A stretch of DNA of 61,909 nucleotides, filler included, from Basidioascus undulatus (taxonomy: Eukaryota): assembly GCA_000826855.1 (NCBI GenBank). It is 5 parts of 5 records of this genome, joined end to end, with 100 filler letters (N's around TTAATTAATTAA, not from the genome) between each part and the next. Parts side by side here need not be neighbours in the genome. Positions count along the whole stretch, not along the records: positions 1 to 8,175 come from JTLS01001429.1; positions 8,276 to 37,108 come from JTLS01000143.1; 3 more parts are not named here. The stretch is one strand, 5' to 3'. Under the pieces are notes generated by a model. It made no database searches and was not told the origin of the DNA. It saw only the letters and a program-made list of their open reading frames with translations. Positions 1 to 12,167 of this stretch are shown here, one piece after another (within the stretch, counting starts at the first letter, position 1; each line of letters begins with the position of its first letter). The position numbers were made by a program, and so were the translations under genes.

Positions 1-1481
1 GCCCCGTCCGCGCCCGCGGGGCGTGGCGCGCGTGCGCGAGCGCGAGCGCGAGCGCGAGGAGTCCGAAGAGGACCCTGCGCCTGCGCGAGGGGTGATGCGC
101 ATCGAGCGGCCCGTCCGCGGCGTCGCGTCGCGATCCCGGTCGAGCGCGAGCGTGCCGAGGCGCTCGTCCAACTCTGGCTCAGGGTCCGGCTCGTCGTCCC
201 CATGTGCGGACTCGCCGTCATCGGAGGACAGGGCCGGTGCGCAGAACGTGCGGGGCGTGAATGCGGCGGTTGGGAGGGGACCATCCGCCTCGCTCGAGGT
301 CTCCCATTCTGAGGCGTCCGTCATCGCGAACCCGCCGCCCCCGCCCGCTTCGCTCTCCGTCTCGAACGCGGAGGACGTCGCTGGGTCAGCGTCCGTCGTG
401 GGGGGAGTGTCGAGCCCGGCGCGCTGGGCCGCCCGTACCGGCGCGTGCGGCCGCACGAGGTACGTTAGTCGCTCGCCGGTCGGGGAGGTCTTGCCTGCGA
501 GGGGATGACGAGAGCGTCAGTGGAGGGGTTCTAGAAATTGGGGTGTAAAGGAAAGGGACGACGCACTGAAGGAGACGACGCCCCACCACCGCGCTACGCA
601 GTGCACGCAGAAGCGCTCAAAGCGCTCAGGAACAGACCACGTCAGGCTCGCATGCGTGCGCGCGATCTCGGTGATAGCTGGCTCGTCGCCGCTAGCACTG
701 CCGTCGCCGATGGCAGCAGAGACGGACGTGGCGTCGATCACACGGCGGGCAGAAGCCGGCTGGACGTCGGGGTTGAGGATGATCCCTCCCTCAAGCCTGC
801 ACAGCGCCACATCCGCTCAGAACTTGTTTCTGAAATCAGAACAAAGGACCTAAGACGCACCATTCCCTAACCTCCCGCTCCACCAAGCTCACGACGTCCC
901 TCGCGCGCTGACTCCCGCGCCCGCGGGGCGCGAGGACCTTCCGGACACCGCGCAGGCTCATTGTGAAGCGCCCGGCGTCCGCCGATGCCGGGTCGTGCAT
1001 CTTGGGCGCGGGGGACGGGGCGGGCTGGATACGCGGGAGGAGCTGTGGCGGGAGAGGGGTGGGAAAGGTCGTCCGTGGCAAGGAGGCGAGCGCGGGCTGC
1101 CGGTCCCGCGCGGTGGGCGCGGCGATGTGGGGGTTGCCGGCGAACGAGTCTGATTTGCACAAATCAGTTCTCATTACCTCACTTCCAACCAAAGCAGAAG
1201 TAGAGCGACGTACCGTTCTCCTTCCTCAGCCTACGCCTCCGCCCCTCAACGTCCCTCGACCCGCCCGCGCCCCGCCCGCTCTGGCCGACGTCGATCCTCG
1301 GCCCGCGCGGCTGGGACACGCCGTGTAGGTGCTTTAGCGTCGGATTGCGCAGAATAGCGGGCATGGACATAGGGACGGGGTCGATGAGCCCCCCGCCGCC
1401 GCTGGGCCCCGAGAGCGACGGCGAGCGCACGGGCTGGGATGGGAGCGTCGCCGTCACTGGGATCTGCACAGACGTCGACAT
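1..1481 (-). CDS. R3H-associated/R3H-domain protein (3' end runs off the window), spliced
   Basis: ATG at 1481. GT-AG splicing gives GRRRRLRKEN|DSFAGNPHI...FERFCVHCVARWWGVVSFS|K...GLDTPPTTD, resembling fungal R3H-assoc plus R3H proteins. Confidence 0.7.
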
Positions 1482-2240
1482 GCCGTCTATAAGCGCAGTT
1501 TCTAGTTGAGTAAAAGCGAGAAAAGTGTTGTTGAGAAAGGAAGACGGTGAGCAGTAAATGATGATCGTGGTTTGGCTGAGACTCATGAGTCCTCGGAGTG
1601 TCGGAATCGTCGAATCATGATCCCTTCCGGCCGCCTCCGACGTCGAGTCCCACAGCTTGTTTCAGCGCGGCTACTATCGACCGCTGTACGGGTTTCGCAG
1701 TATTGCTTTTCTCTCTCTCATTTTTCCCTCTCGTTCAGGTTGAGTCTCCTCACTTCACTCGCTAGCATGTCCATCTCCAGGTGCATTGTTGGAAGCTTGC
1801 ATCAGTCCCCAGCTCTTTCTGTTGCCGCAAGGGTCTCCCAAGCCGTCAGGGGGGCACCATGGCGTTTGAAGTTCACAGTTCACGCAGTCTCGACTGCCAA
1901 AGGCAGCCCCTCAGTTTTCATGTCGCATGTACCCTTCCGGCATCTTCTGCCCGTGCCGCCATGTGGTTCAATCTTACGCGTTCTCGCGATACTCATATCG
2001 CTGCTCATGAACCTCAGTCCCTCGACCTTCTGCCTGTCAGGCCCCCAAGATGCGCGGATGCCGCAGCGCTCCGTCATTTCCTCCGTTCGGATCCTGTCCG
2101 GCTTTGTTTCTTTGTTCCCCATCGTTTGCTGTCCAACTGAACAACAGCGGTCTTCCTTTTCGCTTTTCCCCTCTCACCTTCGCCCTTCACAGTCGCTACA
2201 TACGCTCCTACCTGGATTTCAAGCCATTTTCAACCTTCTC

Positions 2241-3041
2241 ATGGCTCCCATCACACTCGTTCAAAACCTGTCACGCCGAAGCGTCGGCTCATTAAGCGAC
2301 GGCGAAGTCGCAGCTATCATTTCCCCTTCCTCGTCCGTCTTCCCGCTGCACCTCCCTCCCAAACCGCCACTGAACCCTCCCCTCTCGCGCAGGATCTTCC
2401 TCCTTGCCGTACTTCTCGCTCTCTTCCTTCTCCTCCGACGCCGGCGACCCTCATCCACCGACTCCCTCCCCTCCCCACACTCGCGACACTCGCGCGCGCC
2501 CTTCTCCCCCTCCGCACCCTCCTCCCCCGCCTCCTCAATCCATCCACCCCCCCGGTGCGGATCCTGGTTCGTCAACCCACGGCACTCCTGGTGCGGGAGT
2601 TGGGACGGCGGGAGGTTCGCCGAGCTGGGCGTAGGGGCACACCGGCCTGCTCAGGGAGACCCCAAGAAAGCTGCCCAAGTCGCCTCCTACCGGCGGGGCT
2701 CATTTCCCGCACCACTTCAACCACCGCCACCTTCTGCCGTGCCCAGTGAGCCGGCTACCCCGCCTCCCCGGCCGACATCCCCAGCAATCACCCTCCACCC
2801 CTCCCCGCTCCGCCCCATGCCCATATCCCGCGCGCTCTCGGACTACGCGAAGCACGCGCGCGAGTACCACACGAAGTCATCTAGCACCCTGTCGCTGCCG
2901 CATTCGCTGCCGCCTCAGCTTCCGCCGGGAGTGAGCTCGCCGCTGGGCGTGAGGAGGGCCTCGAGTCCGCAGGGCGGGGAGCGGGAAATGAAAGGTACGT
3001 ACGAGCGGGTGAGAAGGGGAAAAGACGCCCTGGGAGGCTGA
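2241..3041 (+). CDS. Hypothetical single-pass membrane protein with Pro/Ser-rich tail
   Basis: LSDGEVAAII...IFLLAVLLALFLLL followed by RRRR stop-transfer. Likely in-frame 60-nt intron at 2333-2392. Confidence 0.55.
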   Translation: MAPITLVQNLSRRSVGSLSDGEVAAIISPSSSVFPLHLPPKPPLNPPLSRRIFLLAVLLALFLLLRRRRPSSTDSLPSPHSRHSRAPFSPSAPSSPASSIHPPPRCGSWFVNPRHSWCGSWDGGRFAELGVGAHRPAQGDPKKAAQVASYRRGSFPAPLQPPPPSAVPSEPATPPPRPTSPAITLHPSPLRPMPISRALSDYAKHAREYHTKSSSTLSLPHSLPPQLPPGVSSPLGVRRASSPQGGEREMKGTYERVRRGKDALGG

Positions 3042-6000
3042 CTCGTTGAGGTGTGATACAGGCTTTTTCGATTATGGGCAGAAGGGGATGTATGGGGTCC
3101 TTCCACCCGAAGGACTTCGGTAGCTTCATAGACACTATTATAAGGGCTGGCTGTCTAGCTTTGGATATGCAAGCGGGAAGCGCTTTCTCTTCAGTCCGCT
3201 CTTTGCAGTCACTTTCCAGTCGTTGAGAATAGCAAGCGAGGAAAACGCGATGGGATGGGGTAGGATGTATACTATAAAATCAAGGGATCCCTCTGTAACA
3301 GAAGTAAAATGTCAGTGTTCAAGAGCGAAGGAGGTTAAAACCTGATCAAGCAGGCCAGCGCGAAGTCAAACAGCGCAGGGACACCCCAGCGTCTCATTCA
3401 TTTGCTTTAAGCTGCTTCTGGCGTCTTGATCTGACAAGCTATGTTGTTACAGCTGATCAATATCTGAATGGAAGCTCGGCCTCTGCAGTTTGACATCGCG
3501 ACACACTTCGACCAGCACAACAGAGGCGGTCCTCGCCCTCCCCGCACACATCAATCCGGAAAGCCCAGCCCAACTTGCTCGGCGAGGTCCTGCTTCCACG
3601 GGCGATGAGTCGCCCCCAACGCTTCTGTCACGGCTTGATTGTCGACGATGCTGAACATGCACTTGCTGAACGGCGGCGGCTGCGCATGCCCCAGGAAGGG
3701 GGATCATAATCGTGCGCTGAAGCGCTGGGTCTCTGCACCGTTAAAAGGGGGTTCGTAAGCATCCAAGCTGTGGTATGGGAGCTAGGGTCCTCACGAGTTA
3801 CAGGTATGAGTACTTGTGAGGGCGATGGTAAAAGAACAAGCAGAGAGGCGGGCGCCAGCGTTGGTTGAAGGAGGGCAGAGCGGAGGGCAACGGGGCACGA
3901 ACATGTTCCGTCCCTGCAGGACGGAGTCATCAACATGTCGTCCACCACCGCATTCAATGTTCGCAAAGGCCGATAATATATTCAAGTGCAGACACTCGGT
4001 CTAGGGGCGTAGGAATTTGGCATGCATGCAGTTAGACTGTGCAAACGCTGCCAATTCAGTCGGATCACCCTGCCATCGAACGAATGCTCCTCCTGGTCTT
4101 CAGTAAGTATTCCATTAGGGTTGTATAACATATATTCCCTCTCAAGCCACCTGCCAGGGCTGGTGGGTTCTTCCCAAGCGCTTCTCAACTGGTATGCGTT
4201 TGCACGTCGCGTTGCCAGGCTTTCTGCACTTCGTTCCCCGGTTCTAGAGCCGCATCTACAAGAGTCCCTTCACCTCCTGCTCAATTTTTGACATGACATG
4301 ATTCTACAATCTGTACCGGGCTCTCATCGATGGCTTGTCGGGTGTTCTTGATACAGTTACTCTGCATGCACGCGCATGCGTAGGACGGCACAATCAGTCA
4401 GACTCTTTTTCATCCGACCTCTGCCTTTATTCAATTCTTCTTCAATCAATTCTCAAAATGAAGCCAATGTCCGGCGTAGAGAATCGCTTTGAACCTACAA
4501 GCCCACTGTCCGTTCAACGTTCGAGCGTTGGACATTTGCCAGATGCATGCCTTGCCCACCTGAAACACACACCGCTGCTTGAACCCAGGACAAAGACCTG
4601 TACCAGATGTTCCGGGCACCCGTTCACCAACACAATAGTCAGCACTTGGCCATCAAGTCGGGGGCACCTGGAAGGCCAGAGGCGATGGGAGGATCAGGGT
4701 GTGTCTATTGGATGTGAACAGTTCACCGTCGCAGAGAATTTACCTCCCCGACTCGGAATACATTAGCTTGTGTGGACATCAAGCCGTCCTGTGTGTTGGT
4801 CGAGCCGCGTACGGCTCATCTAGGGTCTCTTCGCTGACATTGATTCACAATGTGGGCCTTGGTCTCCTCTTAGCCCATGGATCATCCCGAAGCTATTTGT
4901 AGGTGGTGAAAATCCTACCGATTGATGGACAGGCAATGAAGGTCTGCATCTGGAGCAGAGCAAGCGGGTGAAGGTCGGTCATGCAACGATCACTGTTGAG
5001 CTTGAACAAGTCGCAAAGTCGCAAAGTTCTCTCAAGAACGGCTGGTGTAGTGAGCCCAGAGAATAGTTTATTTAAAGTGTCCGGCGTTTTGTATGAATGC
5101 TAAGCGTGGTAGAGCGACTAGTGCGAGCTGTGGGCGTGTAGGCGGACGATGCAGCATCTCGGCTTGGTCCTCGACCTGCGGGCTTGTCAACATGTGATCC
5201 GAAAGAAGCAAGGAAACCTATCGCAGATTCCAACACCACAAGCAGTAGCCAGAAGGCGAGCCCGTGAACCCCAGCTCCGCCATGCATGCCCCTCGCGAAG
5301 CAGTTCAAAAGCCGCTCAGTTGACTTGAAAGGAGTCTCCACGTTCTCCAAGCTGGCAGTCTTTCAAAGCCTGCCAGTGTTCACTCTATCTTCTAGTATGG
5401 AGTGTTTGTGAATCATTTTTAGACTCTGACCCAGAAGGTGGGAAACTCGTGCAGTGCATGATCACGGTTGACGAGCCTGTCCAATGTCGCGGTGGATATC
5501 CCCAAGCGATTGACGATCCGATCTCCAGAGCGGGTAAAACATAGTAATATTATTGATTCGGAGGAATGAGGCTCGGTTTGGAGAGTGACACTTTGGAGTC
5601 TGGATATGCCGGCGCTGTAGAATGTCGAGCGCAGCCGACCACTCGTGTGGTTCGGGCCGAAAGCTGGACAAGAACTGGGGTGATACAGGCATACGCAGCC
5701 CATCGGGTTTTGAAAGGCCTGGACGGCTTGCTATTTCGTGCCCTTTTCAACTTTGCACCGCGAAAACAGATGTATAGTTGACCACATCTGACTCCGTCGC
5801 GGCTCACAGTAACTCGACTTGGTATCGAGCGAGAATACCAACAGGGCTGCAGGGCTGCGTTGCTAGTCACTCTGTGCCCATCCCTTAAAACCAACCGACT
5901 GCATGTCCTGCACAGTCAGGAAAGTTAACATGGTACCTGACAACGCATGCTGGAGAACAGGGACAGACTTACGGCTGCACCGCAGTCAACGTTGTCCAGC

Positions 6001-7082
6001 GACTCACAGTCGTCACAGTGGAGCTTTCAATTTTCTGTTGTTTCACATCTTGTACTTCAGTCGTCGCCATCATGACGCCTGCAGGAGTTGTCCCGTCTCC
6101 TTGTTTGAAGCAACGCACTTCCGAGTCTGCCTCGCGGCTTGGCCGTACGTTCCCTCCCAAGCAGCACCTATCGTCACTATATTCAAAACACCTTCCTTTT
6201 TTTTTACTTCCACCAACAAACAAACGCAGCAGTAGTGCAAGCCTGGTGCTTGCTGCGCCCTGCCCGCCTCCTCCCCCGCGCGGAAGCTGAAGTCTCGGCT
6301 CGCCAGCTGCTGCCGCTGCTCCGCTCCGCTGTCCGCCAGAATGGATCCTTGGACCTTTCCAGCGCGTTCACTATCATCTCCACCCCCGCCGCTCACGCTC
6401 CTTCGACTTTCTTTCCTCCTCCGTCTCTATAAGCACGACGACGTTGTTCCTCCGGCCTTCCGGCCGCCCTGCGCCTCTGCGTGTCTCAGCTCGAAGTCCC
6501 GGTCAGCACGGCGCCCGCCACGGCGTCGAGCTCTCGCTCAGCTCTTTCTTTCGGTCCTGACCTGACCATCTGAACCGGGTTCTTCCCCATCCTCGACCGT
6601 TCCGTCCTTCTTCTCCTCCGTCTTCTCCTCCGACAGGCCAGGCCGGCCGCACCCAGTGAGTTTCCCCAGATTTCGAGGACCCGAGCAGGCCACGCGTCGA
6701 TCAAATTGCGCAAACCTTAACGCGACGCGTCTCTCGGAGCGCGTTCGGTCCATGCCCTCCTCTCGAGACCGCGCCCCCGTTTCCCCGTTCATTGTGGGAG
6801 GTGAGCGTGTGTATGGTGACCCCCTCGGAGACTCGGAGATGCTGGGCGTCGGGTCTATGGCGGATGAGGGGCGGGCCGTCTGTTGCGAGCGACCGCGCTC
6901 CCCTGCGCTCGCTCGTCAATTCCGACTCTCCGAGCACCGCCTCCCGACCTGCTTGCCCTGCCTCCTCCCTTCGCTCGTCCACCGCACTCGGTTGGCTCTT
7001 GATCCCATCATCAAACCATCCTGACATCCACCTCTATTACCCTCAGAAAGCCCTCAGCCAGCTAGCGAACAAGCAACTCACC

Positions 7083-8175
7083 ATGTCGGCTGTGGCTGCC
7101 GCTGCGTACCCGCCGCCGCACTCGCACACCGCGCAGCGGCGTCCCCCTCCCCCGCCCATCCGTCTCCCTCCCCCGCTGCACCAGCAGCAATTCCAGTCCC
7201 AGACGCACCAGCGGACCCGCCCGCCCTCAGCGAGCTCGACCTCGCCCTTCGCCTCCCCACCCAAGACGCAGTCGACCTTCAACCCGCTCTACCCGCTCCC
7301 GCCCTCGCGCATCCGCTCGCCTCCCCCACACCCCCAATCCCCGATCGAGAAAGACCTACCCTCCTCGCACACACACACACACACGCCCTCCGCCGACTCC
7401 GTCGCCCTCCCGCCCCACTCGCCCCCCTTCGGGCTCATGCTCCGCCGCCCCTCCTCCCCGCACTCCCTCCACAGCGCGCACACGCCCACAGGCGCCCACA
7501 CGCCCTCCCAAGCCGACCTCGACGCGTTCGAGGCAGCCTGCAGGGACTTCTACTTCTCGTCCTCCCCCGCCGCGCGGCAGACCATCTCCTCTACCCTCGC
7601 GTCCATCCCGCCCTCGCACCGGGCAACCTACACGCGTATCCAAGCGGCCGTGCGGACGGCGTTCCACGTCCAGACGGAGCGGCAGCGCTTGCACGCGTTC
7701 CATGTGCTGTTGGAGGGGACACCGCCCAATAGCGCCCTCTCGTCGATTGCGCGCGCGGACTTGGCGGGCCCCGCGGCGCGTAGGGAGAGGCTGGAGAGGC
7801 TCAGGGCGTTTGTGGATGGGTGGTGTGAGGAGGGCTTGCCGGGGCAGAAGACCTGGTGCGTCGCGCTGTGGAGCGTGCTTCGCTTGCAGGGCCTCCCGGA
7901 GAGCGTCGGCGGCGCGGGGGGGAGGATCATGAAGTGGGAGATTGATGATGCCGTGTGGATGGAGTCCGGGTGCGTTTACTCATTTTTTCTCTGCTATATC
8001 TCCCAGAGATGATACAGCTGACGTCTTCCCTTCCTGCGCGCGCAGCGGCCCCGAATTCATGTACGAGGCAATCACGCTCCTCTCCGGCATCCTCGGCTTC
8101 ACCTTCTCCCTCCCCTCCTCCTCCTTCCTCCCGTCTTCATCCTCTCCGCTGTCTCCGCTCCGCCCTCTCTTGCCG
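7083..8175 (+). CDS. Hypothetical protein with Pro-rich N-terminus (truncated by contig end)
   Basis: Long GC3-biased ORF. Intron joins WEIDDAVWMESG|GPEFMYEAI. Possible 5'-UTR intron 6656-7046 (GTGAGT...CTGAC...CAG). Confidence 0.6.
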
Positions 8176-8275
8176 NNNNNNNNNNNNNNNNNNNNNNNNN
8201 NNNNNNNNNNNNNNNNNNNTTAATTAATTAANNNNNNNNNNNNNNNNNNNNNNNNNNNNNNNNNNNNNNNNNNNN
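8176..8275. other. Artificial contig spacer
   Basis: 44 N + TTAATTAATTAA (stops in all six frames) + 44 N. Confidence 0.99.
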
Positions 8276-9253
8276 CTTCGGCAGGTCCTCCTCCGGCCCA
8301 GCGCCAGCCATGAGCGGTTCATTCACATGCGTTCCCGTAGCATGCGAGCTGGGCGGCCCACCCAGACTCTGCGCGCCGGGTCCCGCCCCACCCACCGCGT
8401 ACCCGTTCGGCCCGCCCACGGCGGACGCGCCCCCAACGGTAGTCCCTCCGTACGTGGACGCGAGCCCGCCGTCGAGGTGGTGAGAGTGCGAGTGCGAGTC
8501 GTACCCGCTCCGCACTGAGCTCGCGCGGGCCGGCTTGGACGCGAAGCCGTTGGTGGAGGACGTGCGCTTGCCGCCTGTTGCGGAGAAGGATGTTGCGGGC
8601 GGGGGAGGGGCGGAGGTGAGGGAGAAGAGGTGCGCGAGCAGGGTGTCGGCTTCAGTCGTGAAGTAGAGGAGCCAGATGATCTGATTTGGGAAAGGGGGGG
8701 TGAGGAGGGGAGGGAGGAGGGCGGAAGGGGAGTTAGGGGAGGACGCACGTTCACGAAGGAGAGGAGAAGGTAGCCTGCGCCGATGGCTTGCTGGGAGCGG
8801 AGGGTGGAGTAGATGCTGGTGTTTGTGAGGGAGACGGAGAACACCAGGGCGACGGCGAGGAAGGCGGCGAGCTGCGGGGCGAGGGAGGTTGAGTCTACTC
8901 CTCTGGCAGGGGGTGGGGGAGGGGACAAGAGCGCGCACCTGGAATCGTGATGCCGCAATCGAGTCCGTCCCGAGCGTAATCACGACCCCAACAATCAAGA
9001 ACAGTTCCAAGCTTCACGCGCCCCAAGACACAGCGTCAGTACCGCCCCCTCCCCTGCTCTGAACCCGAACGCTCCCGACGCACAAGATAGCAAACCACCC
9101 GACGCCCACGGCCGACCCGCGAGCGATGTCGCTCTGCGCCTCGGTGACGGCCTGGCCGATGAAGGCGGTGAACCAGGCGACGAAGGCGATGACGAGCGTG
9201 ACGAGGAAGAGGAGCGGCGAGAGCGCCAGGCGGAGGTCGAACGGTCGGGCCAT
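8276..9253 (-). CDS. SHO1: High-osmolarity sensor Sho1 (4 TM; SH3 domain lost at contig end)
   Basis: Spliced: LVIAFVAWFTAFIGQ...VGVGWFAI|LELFLIVGV...SIAASRFQ|LAAFLAVALVFSV...AIGAGYLLLSFVN|IIWLLYFT. Confidence 0.9.
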
Positions 9254-10214
9254 GGGCGCGCGCTCAATCAATCAGGCGGCGTGATTGAGATTGAAGTGGG
9301 TTTCTGAGAGAGATGAAAGTGTAAGAGAAGGCAGGGCAGAGCAGCCGAGTCGAACGTCGAAAGGCGTGAGAGAAGACGAAAGTGAATTTGGTGCTAGGAG
9401 CGCGGGAGGAGGCTGTGAAGGATGGGCTGGGGCGGCGAGGAAGCGCGTCGACGCGGTCGGCAAGGGCGGGAGCAGGGATGTCGTCGGAGATGGAACTTGG
9501 TCGGTCGGCAGGCGGGAAGGCGAGAGACAGGAGAGAGACACAGATTGTCAGGGAGCGCCAGAGGCTGGGATGACGAGGGGGCGAGAGGCGAAGAGGGCGA
9601 GCAGCGCAAGGCTAACGACAAACACTCTCGTGCTTTCTATCCTACGCACGCCGAACGCTAATGCCTGCAAGGTTTCGTTCGACATCTCTGCACAGCCTCC
9701 TACTGAACTTGCAGACAAACAGTGCACAGGCTGGGAGAGACTCGTTGGGAGGAAGTTGATGTTGTTGGTGTTTCCGAACGCTGCGACTGACAGGGGCACT
9801 GCTCATAAAAGTCTGCACTTGCGACGTCGCACGTCCTCACCCCGAACTACCGGCTGGCGTGGATGGGCTGGCGATCGGAATACGCTGCTCGGGCCTTTCA
9901 GTAACCGCCACTAATGGACTAATGAATGAAGGCATGCAGCCATCGCACCTCGAGGCTTGCTGCTGCTGCCGCTTCTGTTCGTGAGGAAGCACCGACTCAA
10001 ACTGACTTTCAGACGATATGATCAGGACGAAAACTACTAACGGCACTGGGGGGCCTAGTAAGCTGAAGAACTTGAACACTAGGACACTCACTCGCACGGC
10101 AATGAGGCAGTGTTCAAGGTTGAGCATCTCCAGACGGACCTCCCAGACCTGCACGCCGTGCACGCAAATATATAACGGCCGAGACAATATTGTCATATCC
10201 CAGCCGTATTTCTT

Positions 10215-11590
10215 CAAATACGTTCAACGACTGACGCTCCCGGAAGCCCTATCGTTGTCCCGACACTGCTAGCGAGTCAATGAAAATGCATCGCAGGCAC
10301 TCATACTGCCAAAATCCCATCTCCAGTCCACTTCGAGACCCACCATAAAAAAAGAAAGAGCCCCGCTCCCGCCACGCATCCCGTGCCATCCAGCGGCCAC
10401 TGGTACTCAGCGATCAGCGGTCCCACCGTCGCTCCTGCCTTCCTCTCTTGCCCTCAGCGGAGAACCGAAGGCTATGTGTATGATATGATAACGGGTAATC
10501 ATGCTTCGTTTCAGTCTCATGGGGATTTCCGAGGGTGGCGATGGCCTGCAGTTGGAGCACGCTTCGACAGGCTGGCTGTGATGCATGGGTTCCAAACAGC
10601 AGCCGACTGAACGTCTGTCAGGTGTGATGGTGTTAGACAAAGTGGAGAAATACTCCTTAGATGGTCCAGGGTATGGACGCCATCTCGGGTTGGCAACCAG
10701 CTCTTCTCCGGTGATGCTGCTCAGCCTCGTGCACAGTCGCACCCGGTGAAAGGTACAACCCTGGCAGGCGACTTTCAGGCATTCCTCGGCGCCATCAAAG
10801 GGGTTTCAAGGATGCATAGGGTACCTTCTTTCCTTCGTCAGCCAGAGCTAGGTGTCCTACAGAAGTACGGGCCTGAGGTACTCGCGAAGACTCTGCTCAC
10901 GTACCTTGTGCGTGACCTAAATCGCTGTGCGGAGGAGGATCCCGCCTTGCTACCGTTTCTCCCTAAAATTAAAACAACGCCCCATTTTGTTTTCATGGCA
11001 AATGGGCGCACTCAGCCCAGGCCACTCGACCTACTCTTTGCCAGTAGTGCGAGAGCGTGGTGTCGAAAGCCCCACCGTTGCCATGATGCTATGGGCACAG
11101 CTGTCGAGGCACAGTAAAGGCAGTCACTACCTCTGGGAAATCTTTAGAACTTCGTGTACATGAATCGGTCACATATGCTCGTGTCTGGCGTTGTGCCCAT
11201 GATCTTCAGCAAGCCGATATGCCCGCCAATGGCCTGCCACAGTATGTTTTTCTGCGACCCAGAGTAGTTCCACCCAGCGCATGTGAGTCGCAAGACTCCC
11301 ATCCACGAGATTCAGAAAGGCCACGCACAATCTCGTACTTGACCCCGAACTCCTTGGCAGTGTCCCTAACGATCGGTGCAATAGCGGGGTAATGCGCCTG
11401 CGCGATCTGCGGAAAGACATGGTGTACCGCCTAGAAGTTAAGCCTCCACGTGAACGCCGTCGTCCACGGACAACCGTGCGCAAAGCCCCTCTTAGGGGCC
11501 TTCCAATAGCTCTCATTATATATTTTCTTTCGTTATGTTCAAACGGACTCGAGAGACAGACCAGTGTGCCTTGACAATGACCCTACAAAG
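10215..11590. mobile_element. Unidentified ~1.4 kb insertion interrupting the desaturase (possible decayed element)
   Basis: Separates collinear desaturase segments and holds broken plus-strand ORFs (e.g. 10746-11117). No TIR, LTR or TSD recognised; boundaries approximate. Confidence 0.35.
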
Positions 11591-12076
11591 TGTCCCTCGA
11601 CGTTCGTGTACGAGTGGTTGAGACAGAACATGCTTATATATCCTGCAATCTTCCGACTGTCAACTCTTACCCTCGGACAACAGCACACCCAGCACACCCC
11701 AACGCACCACATCGTTCCCGAGCACCCGTGAAGCAGTCGTTCTCCGCAGTGAGCCACTCTCAGACCCTTGGGACGTGCCCGCACCATGGCGGCCGTCGTG
11801 TATAGCAGTGAGGGACCACTGCACATGCGACAGACCGTAGAGGACCGCCGTGCCTTAGAACACCTAGGCGGATGAGCGTGCGAGCGCAGACCACTGCAGC
11901 GCCGCGAGCGCTGCGAAGGACGCAAGGACGAAGCGTAGCGGATGAAGCTGCGCGGGCAGTGTTTGGGCTCGATGTTGCGAGGTTTGAAGTATGCCCAAGC
12001 GCGCTGTAGAATTGGAGACGAAACAGATCAGCCCTGGTGCCCACTGAATGGAGCCAATCTTCAGGACAGGGAGGCG

Positions 12077-12167
12077 CACTGCTCTGAGAGTCACTGCGAA
12101 GGCGTCAGGCTCGGGGAACCCGGGTAGGTCCTGCCCAACGAGATTTCCAATGAAGTGTTTTTTGAGA
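12077..12167. repeat. 91-bp segment duplicated in inverted orientation at 37018-37108
   Basis: Reverse complement matches 37018-37108 with one mismatch. Confidence 0.95.

Noticed and set aside
1572..2240. N-terminal extension of the 489-aa ORF
   Set aside because: Looks like a pyrimidine-rich promoter/UTR with a non-ATG start; coding character begins at ATG 2241.
3100..6000. Possible transposon in a lower-GC tract with short ORFs
   Set aside because: No transposase, RT or integrase motifs and no terminal repeats recognised.
8220..8231. Repeated palindrome TTAATTAATTAA (four copies) as a biological element
   Set aside because: Always centred in 44+44 Ns; it is a standard six-frame stop linker.
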